From positions 736 through 64,735 of the forward strand of contig CAZUXE010000007.1 in assembly GCA_964624585.1 (NCBI GenBank): a stretch of DNA of 64,000 bases, read 5' to 3'. The translations under genes were made by a program, and so were the position numbers. How positions within the stretch are numbered: position 1 is the first letter of the stretch; each line of letters starts with the position of its first letter. Positions 38,704 to 47,033 of this stretch are shown here, in pieces. This DNA is from an uncultured bacterium. GTDB lineage: Bacteria; Hydrothermota; Tepidihabitantia; B3-TA06. Under the pieces are notes generated by a model. It did not search any database, was not told the DNA's origin, and saw nothing but the letters and a program-made list of their open reading frames with translations.

Positions 38704-39683
38704 GCCAACTCCTTCTTAAGACTTTCAATAGCTCTAACGGGCATAGGATCAATACCTCTAAGTTCTGCAAGAAACACGCTGAGTAAATCTCCTTTTATAA
38801 GGAGAGAAAGGGTTCTTTCTAATAGACTATCGCCTTCTGCCTTAATGGCCAATTTGGGAATTGAAGGACTAATTATTTTACGTACAATTTCTGCCCTCTT
38901 TATGTTACGGGAATGAGTAAATTCCACCCCCATATCAAGATTAAGTATCAAAATATTCCCCTGCATATCTTCTTGAAAACCCATTATTTCGTTATGATTC
39001 ATTTCTGAATAGAAATGAGCGTGCGCAAGCACTTTAGCATTCTCATTTAGCTGACAAACCAACCTGTAGGCAAGCGGTAAAAACGACGCATCCAGAGCAT
39101 GTATAATACAAAAATGGGAATTAAGCGAACGAGCAAGGGAACGCATTTCGTCTTCCCAAAAAGATACACGCAAATTAATTAGCGATATTGCCTTCTGTAA
39201 ATCTTTGGCTACAGATGGATAAAGCCCCCAATAATGCACCAGACGCAACAATGGAGCAAGTAAATAGCCAATTGACGCCCGTGGAGGATTCCCTGATGGA
39301 ACCTGTAATAAGGGTATATTTTCAGCTTCCGCAAGTTTCTTAAGTTCGCCTCCTGAACTAACAGCCAGACTGGGAACATCCCTTTCACGAAGAGTCTTCC
39401 ACAAAGCAAGGGTTTCTTCTGTATTGCCTGAATAACTGATTACAACTGCAAACGATGAGTTATTTACCCAAACTGGCAATTGATAATCTTTCACAACCTC
39501 AATAGCAATCGGACTGCTGCGAAGCAAAAGCCCCCTTAAAATATCTCCAGATACACCTGAACCGCCCATACCACAGACAGCTATAAGAGAAGGAGATTTT
39601 GATGAAACCCTTGTAAGAATATCAGCGCTCTTTTCCCAGCTATACTCAAGTTGCTGCGGTATGCTGCGAATTAATTCAATCAA
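38700..39683 (-). CDS. Bifunctional phosphoglucose/phosphomannose isomerase (SIS-domain, archaeal-type PGI/PMI family)
   Basis: 327 aa. SIS motif CGMGGSGVSGD, second SIS-like half, overall layout of the PGI/PMI family. 4-nt overlaps on both sides. Confidence 0.65.
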   Translation of the reverse strand: MIELIRSIPQQLEYSWEKSADILTRVSSKSPSLIAVCGMGGSGVSGDILRGLLLRSSPIAIEVVKDYQLPVWVNNSSFAVVISYSGNTEETLALWKTLRERDVPSLAVSSGGELKKLAEAENIPLLQVPSGNPPRASIGYLLAPLLRLVHYWGLYPSVAKDLQKAISLINLRVSFWEDEMRSLARSLNSHFCIIHALDASFLPLAYRLVCQLNENAKVLAHAHFYSEMNHNEIMGFQEDMQGNILILNLDMGVEFTHSRNIKRAEIVRKIISPSIPKLAIKAEGDSLLERTLSLLIKGDLLSVFLAELRGIDPMPVRAIESLKKELA

Positions 39684-41434
39684 GCGTTCTCCTTTTTAAG
39701 AAAAAGAGCTGACAAATCAGGGAATTTTCTTCTAAGTTCCCTACGCAAATAACGTACAACTTCAATTGGTGTTGAATATTCTGTACATTTATTTGCAATC
39801 TTCCTCAAATCATCAACCCTAACGTTCTGAATAATAGTTCTGGCAATAGGTACAACACAAGGCGTCATTGATAATTCGTCAATACCTAACCCAATTAAAA
39901 GAGCAATACCAATAGGTTCAGAAGCCATTTCACCACAAACCCCTGCCCAAATATGCGCGCGATGCGCTACACCAATAACTCGTTTTATAAGTTGTAGAAC
40001 AGCAGGATGGTAATGATTAAATAAACGCGATATTCTCTCATTCCCCCTGTCAACCGCCAATGTATATTGCGTAAGATCGTTGGTTCCAATACTAAAAAAA
40101 TCTACATATTTGGAAAGTTTATCGGAAATCAACGCCGCCGATGGAATTTCAATCATAATCCCTACTTCCATCTCCGCATCGAATTTTTGTCCCCTTTCTT
40201 CCAGCTCTTTCTTGGCTTTCTTTAATAACAACCTAGCTCTTTTTATCTCAGAAAGGTCAGAAACCATAGGAAACATAATTTTAACATTTCCATTGGCAGA
40301 CGCTCTCAAAATAGCTCTCAACTGATCTAGAAAAATGTCTTCATTGTCAAAACAGAATCTTATCGCCCGCCAGCCTAAAAATGGATTGGCTTCTTGATAA
40401 CCGGGCAAGGCCTTATCGCCGCCGATATCAAGTGTTCGTATAATTAAAGGATGAGGCTTCAGACTTGCCGCAATTTCACTGTAGATAAAGTACTGTTCAT
40501 TCTCTGAAGGGAAACGACGCTTGGTTAGGAACAGATACTCGGTACGGAATAAACCTACACCGCGTGCGCCATAACGTTGAAGAGCGTATATCTCACTTGA
40601 GAATTCAATATTGGCAGATAAATCTATTTTCTTTTCGTCAAGAGTAATAACCGCTTTATCTGTAAAATCGACATAACTTTGTTTTCTTTTATCATAATCC
40701 TTCGCTTCATTCTGATAACTGGCTAGGCGATGGATTGTAGGGGTAAGAATTACTTGTCCCCTCTGGCCATCAATCACAACTTCATCCACGTCTTCAAGAT
40801 TATTAATCAAGGTGGTAACCCCAAGAACCGCAGGAATTTCAAGAGCGCGTGCAATTATAGCAATATGGGATGTTTTACCTCCTATTTCGGTTGCAACCCC
40901 TTTAATTTTCTTAGGATCAAGAAGCACAATTTCGGAAGGTGGAATATTGTGAGCAAGAATTACTGAATCAGCAGGAGCATCTATTATGGATACAGAAGGC
41001 ATAGACAAAAGATTACGTAACACTCTATTGGTTACATCTTCAATATCAGCAAGTCTCTCCTTAAAAAGTCCGCCTGAGGCTTCTATAAGAGGACGCGATA
41101 TCTGTTCTACCCCCTTGGAAAACCCATACTCAGCACTATAGGCTGAATCAATATATTTAGATGCAATTTCTAAAAGAGCAGGGTCTGATAGTATTTGTAT
41201 CTGTACTTCCAGAAGATCGGCAAATTCAGGGCCCAGGGCTTCACGTATACTAACCTGTATAGTTCCCAATTCTTTTTTTGTTGAGCCAAGGGTATCAGCC
41301 AGACGTTGTCTTTCCTTTTCTATTTGATTCTCGGGGATTTTAACTCTACGCAGTTCAGGAAGGGTTGAAGTAAAACGAAAAGGTCTACCTATACCTATTC
41401 CTGAAGATACAGCAATACCCCTTAAAATTTTCAA
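39680..41434 (-). CDS. ptsI: Phosphoenolpyruvate-protein phosphotransferase (PTS enzyme I)
   Basis: 584 aa. N-terminal HPr-binding domain, phosphohistidine region GGKTSHIAIIARALEIPAVLG, PEP-utilising TIM barrel (IGTNDLTQYTLAVDR). Confidence 0.9.
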   Translation of the reverse strand: MKILRGIAVSSGIGIGRPFRFTSTLPELRRVKIPENQIEKERQRLADTLGSTKKELGTIQVSIREALGPEFADLLEVQIQILSDPALLEIASKYIDSAYSAEYGFSKGVEQISRPLIEASGGLFKERLADIEDVTNRVLRNLLSMPSVSIIDAPADSVILAHNIPPSEIVLLDPKKIKGVATEIGGKTSHIAIIARALEIPAVLGVTTLINNLEDVDEVVIDGQRGQVILTPTIHRLASYQNEAKDYDKRKQSYVDFTDKAVITLDEKKIDLSANIEFSSEIYALQRYGARGVGLFRTEYLFLTKRRFPSENEQYFIYSEIAASLKPHPLIIRTLDIGGDKALPGYQEANPFLGWRAIRFCFDNEDIFLDQLRAILRASANGNVKIMFPMVSDLSEIKRARLLLKKAKKELEERGQKFDAEMEVGIMIEIPSAALISDKLSKYVDFFSIGTNDLTQYTLAVDRGNERISRLFNHYHPAVLQLIKRVIGVAHRAHIWAGVCGEMASEPIGIALLIGLGIDELSMTPCVVPIARTIIQNVRVDDLRKIANKCTEYSTPIEVVRYLRRELRRKFPDLSALFLKKENA

Positions 41435-41688
41435 TCTTCCTCCTTGAAAACATTAGCCAAAACATCTATTGCTTCCTGTTCATCAGGGCCATCAACCTCA
41501 AGCAGTATAACACAACCTTCCTCTGCAGCCAATGTTAATAATGAAAGAATACTTTTACCGTTAACCTTCATTCCATCTTTAGTTATCCATACACTGCTTT
41601 CAAAACTTTCAGCCAATTTAACGAACTGAGCAGCAGGTCTGGCATGTAGACCAATCTTGTTTTTGATAACTAATTCTAAAGATTTCAT
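41431..41688 (-). CDS. ptsH: Phosphocarrier protein HPr
   Basis: 85 aa. Active-site His context IKNKIGLHARPAA, and VNGKSILSL (Ser46-like region). Confidence 0.85.
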   Translation of the reverse strand: MKSLELVIKNKIGLHARPAAQFVKLAESFESSVWITKDGMKVNGKSILSLLTLAAEEGCVILLEVDGPDEQEAIDVLANVFKEED

Positions 41689-42377
41689 AAAACAACCTCC
41701 AGCAAAATAATTACGACAAGATTAACGGCAAAGTTAAACAAGGGAGAAAGTCTAAATATCGAGAAAATCAATGAGATAGACAAAAGCAATAAAACCCAAT
41801 ACCATTGAAATCCTAAAATTAATAGCCCTGCATCTTCAAGTGGAAAAAACATTACAGATAGAATGAATCCTACAAGTAATGCTGAAGTAAAAAGTAGAGT
41901 TTTTTTGATACGAGCTATATTAATAAACATTTCTTTCAACCCATGGCGTCCCTTTTTTACACCCCTTGAAAACCCAATAAAACGTTCTCCCTGGGCAAGA
42001 ATATTGAAAGCTAATAGGAAAAAAATTATACCTGCCGAAGGATGAGCAAAAATAACAAGTATCATAGCCACAATAAGCGTAACAGGTCTTAACACACGCC
42101 AGTACAAATCATCGCCCTGAAACGCCAAGCTGCTCTCCAGAGTTGCCGAAACTCCAGATTTATCGCCTCTTCTTAATTCCTTAAGGATAACACCAGAAAG
42201 ATAAGAAGCCAAATAGGGATTCGTATTAAAAGTTGAGCGTGGAGGAGTCGGCATTCCTTTCTTTGAATTAAAAGACAACACCAAACGCATTCCAGGACTT
42301 TGCTCAGTTTTGAAATTCCAAACGTTCTGAACAAAAAGTTGGAGTAAATAATTCCTTAAAACTTTAATAAAACCCAT
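41685..42377 (-). CDS. PTS mannose/fructose/sorbose-family IID component (short form)
   Basis: 230 aa. N-terminal FVQNVWNFKTEQSPG (cf. ManZ FLQASWNYERMQNLG), FNTNPYLASYLSG (cf. FNTHPYLA), C-terminal TM helices. Shorter than typical IID (~275 aa). Confidence 0.65.
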   Translation of the reverse strand: MGFIKVLRNYLLQLFVQNVWNFKTEQSPGMRLVLSFNSKKGMPTPPRSTFNTNPYLASYLSGVILKELRRGDKSGVSATLESSLAFQGDDLYWRVLRPVTLIVAMILVIFAHPSAGIIFFLLAFNILAQGERFIGFSRGVKKGRHGLKEMFINIARIKKTLLFTSALLVGFILSVMFFPLEDAGLLILGFQWYWVLLLLSISLIFSIFRLSPLFNFAVNLVVIILLEVVL

Positions 42378-43045
42378 ACACCTATCCAGGAGACAAAACC
42401 AATAGCCATTGGCAGAAGTCTTTTTTTAAGTCCAAGCATTACTATAGCTCCAGCTAAACCAACTGTAAAAGTTGCGGCAATTATCTTGGAAATGTGGATT
42501 TGCGGAATAAAGGGAATCGTAAGAAATGCAAATTTCGCTAATATAGCAGCTACCACAGCCATCACAATCCCCCGCAAAAATGCAACATCTAAGGCAACAA
42601 CATGCACTAATATTAAATGTAACCTTGTACGAATTGTTTTTAATCTCATGGCAATTTTTCCATTTATATATCGCTCAAATCTGTCAAGCCATCCACCCCA
42701 CACACTAGCCAAAACAGCTATAATTAAACTTAACAATACTGCTTGCTCAATCCCTGCCCCAAACAATCTCAAAGAAAAAAAGGCTACAGCACCTGAAATT
42801 CCTCCACCCTGTACATCCAATGGTACCTTTCTACCAACAGGTATCTCAACCAACCATATCGGCTGCATTATTAATCCCATAAGCGCACCTGAAATAAAAT
42901 CACCTACGGCTAAACCCAAAAGAGAAGATACAATAAGAGGTTGGGAAATACCAAACTCGCCAAAGGAATATTTATCAAGAATAAGTACTCCTGAAAGTAA
43001 AATCATGGTATAAATTATTGTATTATCGCTCATTTTTTCTCTCAA
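42356..43045 (-). CDS. PTS mannose/fructose/sorbose-family IIC component
   Basis: 229 aa polytopic membrane protein with ManY-like blocks (GEFGISQPLIVSSLLGLAVGD…GALMGLIMQ…PLDVQGGGISGAV). Confidence 0.65.
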   Translation of the reverse strand: MREKMSDNTIIYTMILLSGVLILDKYSFGEFGISQPLIVSSLLGLAVGDFISGALMGLIMQPIWLVEIPVGRKVPLDVQGGGISGAVAFFSLRLFGAGIEQAVLLSLIIAVLASVWGGWLDRFERYINGKIAMRLKTIRTRLHLILVHVVALDVAFLRGIVMAVVAAILAKFAFLTIPFIPQIHISKIIAATFTVGLAGAIVMLGLKKRLLPMAIGFVSWIGVWVLLKF

Positions 43046-43532
43046 TCCAATCCAGAACGTTAAATATCCTTGAAGCAGGAAGATCCTGCGCCATAAGCTT
43101 TATTCCCATATCCTTCAAGTCTAGTATAGCCTCTATGTCGTTTGAGTCAAGATTAAGAAAAGAAGTAACCATTGTTCTACCTGCTGAAGAATGGATTCCT
43201 CCCAGATTTATTGCATTAGGTATTACACCTGCTCTGCATATTTGAAAGGCATCCTGCACCGATGCAACAAGCATCATAGTCTTGATATTATTCTCAATAT
43301 TCACAATAATATCAGATAGTTCTTTTTTTGAACAAATCAATAACTCAACATCGTCTGCAAAACTATACACAGAGCTTAAAAGAATATCTTTTTTCCATGA
43401 ATCACAGGCTACTTCATCATTTATGAGAATTATACGATGAATATCGAAGGGAAGCACCCAACCGACCATAACCTGACCATGTATTAGTCTATCATCAACC
43501 CTGAACCAAAAATACGCTTTATCTAAAATCAT
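43023..43532 (-). CDS. PTS mannose/sorbose-family IIB component
   Basis: 169 aa. N-terminal phosphohistidine signature RVDDRLIHGQV and overall PTS_IIB-sorbose layout. Confidence 0.75.
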   Translation of the reverse strand: MILDKAYFWFRVDDRLIHGQVMVGWVLPFDIHRIILINDEVACDSWKKDILLSSVYSFADDVELLICSKKELSDIIVNIENNIKTMMLVASVQDAFQICRAGVIPNAINLGGIHSSAGRTMVTSFLNLDSNDIEAILDLKDMGIKLMAQDLPASRIFNVLDWIERKNER

Positions 43533-44440
43533 TCCGAACCTACCGTAGGAATTTCGATAAACTGAGGAGTAACCAAATTACCATTAGCATCCTTCCCCCA
43601 CAAACGAACATGCAATGGCATTGCAGGCATACGTGAAGCGGCAAATACCGGTACTTCCACTTCGATTGTTTGGTTAGATAACACCGGAGGAACAACTATT
43701 TCCGGTATTGCTAAATACTTACTCAAACGAGCATCACGCATTTTAGAATATAGGGTAACAGAATCCGAATCCTGCAATCCACGATTTACAAGCAAAACAA
43801 GCAAGCGCCCCCGTTCATCAGATTCAAGTAACCCGTTACTGTTACCTGTAAGAGCATCATCGAATACAATTCCTGCAATCTCAAGCTTGGGAGAAATCTT
43901 TTGCTGTGAAACCGGCCCAGAGGTACCTACAGTAAATCCTAGATTAAGATATATTCTCAGCGGTGAATTTTCTATATATATAGTCCCCAAAGTAGACTGC
44001 ATTCCAAGCATCCTAACAGGAAACCATCGCCCTATAAGCTCAAGAGAAACATACGGCGCCTTAGCTTCCCAGTCAGGAGAAAGAATAAAACTTAATGGGC
44101 TTACCCCCCGATATTTTTGTCCCCAAGGGGATGCTGTTAATGATAAGGAAAGGGTCTTATCAAAATATGCTTCTCCTTTCCAAAAACGCATGTTTTGATA
44201 CAAGGGTAGAGTAAGGTGTATAGGCAGCAGAGAACCTATGAATTCCTCACCATCCACAAAACCATAGGACTCTACAATAGAGGCTCCTATCCCAAGATGG
44301 TATAACCCCATTGTAAACTCCAATAACTCCATTCTATTCGATACGGGCAAACCTACAGCATAGGTAGCCTGTATTTCTCCCCACTCACGTATCTGGGTAT
44401 CCCCCCAGAACGCTGCAAAAAGCAGCAAAAGCCGAATCAC
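43529..44440 (-). CDS. Secreted hypothetical protein (303 aa), first of two unknowns fused into the PTS operon
   Basis: N-terminal signal-like segment (MIRLLLLFAAFWG). No recognisable motifs. 4-nt overlap with the IIB gene, and start abuts the upstream 178-aa gene. Confidence 0.35.
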   Translation of the reverse strand: MIRLLLLFAAFWGDTQIREWGEIQATYAVGLPVSNRMELLEFTMGLYHLGIGASIVESYGFVDGEEFIGSLLPIHLTLPLYQNMRFWKGEAYFDKTLSLSLTASPWGQKYRGVSPLSFILSPDWEAKAPYVSLELIGRWFPVRMLGMQSTLGTIYIENSPLRIYLNLGFTVGTSGPVSQQKISPKLEIAGIVFDDALTGNSNGLLESDERGRLLVLLVNRGLQDSDSVTLYSKMRDARLSKYLAIPEIVVPPVLSNQTIEVEVPVFAASRMPAMPLHVRLWGKDANGNLVTPQFIEIPTVGSE

Positions 44441-44977
44441 CTATTCTAGCTCAAAAGCCCATTTGGAAAAACCATCAAGGGATTCATTCTGATAAAAAAC
44501 TACTGTATATTCCTTGTCATTTATAGTAAGGCTACCTTTTCCGCTAGGCAATCCGGTTAAAACTGTAAGGGTAAGCTTAAGCGTGCCAATTGGCTCGGCA
44601 TCCTTAAGCAATTCACCTAATTCACTGACTCGCGCCGGATATACCTTAGCTTCCATATAAGTACTACTAAGTTCAATAAGTTCAAGTGGATATGTTGTAT
44701 AATCAAAACGGATAGCGGATAATGAACCTAGAACCTTCTGACGCACCGGTATAGAACCCTTTTTAGTTTCCACAGATTCCATTTCATGAACTCTGGTAAG
44801 TACTTTTACCATAAAGGTATGTGAATTATCCAATTCACTATCTTCATAGGCGAATCCCATTCCGGCAAGCTCAAGTGTATACAGACCCTCTTCGGTTTTC
44901 ACCTCTTCATAAGGAACTTCAGCAGCAATTCCTGCAACTATTCCTAGAAATAAGGCCAAACTTAATTTACGCCACAT
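44441..44977 (-). CDS. Secreted/lipoprotein-like hypothetical protein (178 aa)
   Basis: Signal peptide MWRKLSLALFLGIVAGIAA. No recognisable motifs. Lies 41 nt downstream of the OmpA-like gene and abuts the 303-aa gene. Confidence 0.35.
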   Translation of the reverse strand: MWRKLSLALFLGIVAGIAAEVPYEEVKTEEGLYTLELAGMGFAYEDSELDNSHTFMVKVLTRVHEMESVETKKGSIPVRQKVLGSLSAIRFDYTTYPLELIELSSTYMEAKVYPARVSELGELLKDAEPIGTLKLTLTVLTGLPSGKGSLTINDKEYTVVFYQNESLDGFSKWAFELE

Positions 44978-45018
44978 AACCAGCCTCCTAATTAAAAAGT
45001 TGGCTGCTTTATTATTAG

Positions 45019-46752
45019 TTAAATAGCTACGATGTCAACCCTACGGTTCATATTACGTCCTCTTCGAGTACGATTATCGCCACGAGGATGCGATTCACCA
45101 TGACCGATAATGGAGATACGAGCTGCATCAATTCCATTCTCTACAAGATAATTCTTTATAACACCAGCTCTACGCACAGAAAGCCTACGATTTGTTGCAG
45201 CCTTACCCACACTATCGGTATAACCATGAAGCTCTAACTTAACATTCGGATTATCCTTAAGTTTTTTAGCAACCTCAAGGAGTTGGGATTTTTGCTCAAC
45301 AGTTAAGCCTGACTGTCCTTTACCAAAATATACAGAGGGGAAAGAAAGCGCTACAGGTTCTTTGGGTAAAGGCTTATCCGATTTAACAACAGCAGCAGGT
45401 TCCAGTTTGAAATCTACAACTACTTCATCTGCCTTTTCAAGCTTCAAACTCTTATGTGTTTTTGCATATCCATCAGCATTAATATTAATCTTATAAGTTC
45501 CAGGAGGAACTTCCGCACGATAATAACCCGATATGCCGTCACTTACAAACGAAGGTAGTAAGGTATCAGAGTCAATAGCTTCGAATGTAATTGTAGAGCG
45601 TAAAGGATTACCTGTAACAGCATCTACAACTTTACCAAGAACAATTGCGCCGCCATGCAATGAAGGCATTTCCAACATAACAGCACCACCTTCAGCTTGA
45701 ATAAGTTGAGATTCTGTTTTTATAGAAAGATAGTCGGGATGCTCTGCAGCCAAGAAGTAATCGCCCTCAGGAGAAGCAATGCTAAATCTACCATCTTCGT
45801 CAGTTATATAAGGTTCAATATCAGGATAATCTTCAATAAATACCTTTGCCCCTACAATAGGCTCTTGTGTAGCTTTATCAACCACAACGCCTGCTATGTA
45901 TCTTCCGTCCAAGGGCATCAAATCAAAGCCAAGCCCCATGCCAGCTAGGGCGCTCCAGCGTAATGGTGTTTGCATAGGTTCAACATCTACCCCAAGATTG
46001 ATATTAAATTTAACAACCCGATGATTACCAAAAGCAAGCCTAATGCCTGGTGTAGCGTGGATATAATTGATAAAATTAGCCATATTTGCCTGCGGCACTT
46101 TAGCCGTAGTTTCAAGAATCAAAGCACCCCAAGGAAAAGGCCAGAATTCCAAGCCCAATCCACCCAAAAGGTTCGATGTACCAGCACCAAGGGTAATATA
46201 TTCGTATCCACCATTCAGATGCGCCCCAAACCATTCCGCTTTAAGGCTAAGAAGCGCACGTCCACCAAAACCAAATACATTACTCCCTACACCATCCATA
46301 TATGCAAAACCATCTATACCAGGAGCAAAATAGGATGTCCTTTTTGAGTTAAAGTAAATTGGTACACCTCCCTTTACAGACATACCAAGATTATCATAAA
46401 GGTCTCCAATACTAGAAGAATACCTACCAAAAGTAGCATACCTTCCACGAGACCAGAGAGAAAACTCAAGATAACGCCATGGGGTAAATGACAGTCCTAT
46501 ATAAGGTTTTATTTCTGTCAGTTGGGCACTAGTTCTAGTTGTATCGGGAACTACGGTTGAATCAATATTTATCATTGAACCGAATGCATTCAAATCAATA
46601 GTCAACATTCCCATATTTTCACATGCACCTGAGTATACCCCAAAAGTACCACGATTTCCCAAAACAGTATTGTATGAGAGAGCTACGCTAGTTAAAACGA
46701 AAAGCACCAGAACTGCTTTCCTCATAGCAAACCTCCTTAAAAAGATTTCCAC
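45019..46752 (-). CDS. OmpA-family outer-membrane protein with N-terminal beta-barrel, two carboxypeptidase-regulatory-like (Ig-like) domains and C-terminal OmpA peptidoglycan-binding domain
   Basis: 577 aa. Signal peptide. Two D-x-x-G-x-(F/Y) CarboxypepD_reg-like segments (VVDKATQEPIVGAKVFIE…DEDGRFSIASPEGDY; VVDAVTGNPLRS…YRAEVPPGTYKI). OmpA_C motifs LHGYTDSVG…NRRLSVRRA. AAGGAGG RBS. Confidence 0.75.
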   Translation of the reverse strand: MEIFLRRFAMRKAVLVLFVLTSVALSYNTVLGNRGTFGVYSGACENMGMLTIDLNAFGSMINIDSTVVPDTTRTSAQLTEIKPYIGLSFTPWRYLEFSLWSRGRYATFGRYSSSIGDLYDNLGMSVKGGVPIYFNSKRTSYFAPGIDGFAYMDGVGSNVFGFGGRALLSLKAEWFGAHLNGGYEYITLGAGTSNLLGGLGLEFWPFPWGALILETTAKVPQANMANFINYIHATPGIRLAFGNHRVVKFNINLGVDVEPMQTPLRWSALAGMGLGFDLMPLDGRYIAGVVVDKATQEPIVGAKVFIEDYPDIEPYITDEDGRFSIASPEGDYFLAAEHPDYLSIKTESQLIQAEGGAVMLEMPSLHGGAIVLGKVVDAVTGNPLRSTITFEAIDSDTLLPSFVSDGISGYYRAEVPPGTYKININADGYAKTHKSLKLEKADEVVVDFKLEPAAVVKSDKPLPKEPVALSFPSVYFGKGQSGLTVEQKSQLLEVAKKLKDNPNVKLELHGYTDSVGKAATNRRLSVRRAGVIKNYLVENGIDAARISIIGHGESHPRGDNRTRRGRNMNRRVDIVAI

Positions 46753-46792
46753 ATTCCAAAAAAGGCAAAAAACAGCCTAATCTATTTATTAA

Positions 46793-46821
46793 ATTATACA
46801 ACATGACTAAGAATTTGTCAA
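46793..46821 (-). promoter_or_regulatory. Perfect-consensus sigma70 promoter (TTGACA-17 nt-TATAAT) driving the OmpA-like/PTS operon
   Basis: Minus strand reads TTGACAaattcttagtcatgttgTATAAT. -10 hexamer lies ~40 nt upstream of the ompA-like ATG. AAGGAGG RBS follows. Confidence 0.5.
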
Positions 46822-47033
46822 GTACCTGTAGCGCTAATACTTACCGCCACGATTATCGACAAGCCTAGCCCAGCATATCTCTAATAACTCAAAAATGCAT
46901 TAAGTATTGAATAACAATGATTTACCGCCCTTTTAGAGAAAAAAAGAACAAAGCAGAACAATTTATCCACTTATCCACATATATTTATTCACATTGTTTT
47001 AAGATAAAAGTTGGAGAAAGTACAGGCTGAGTT

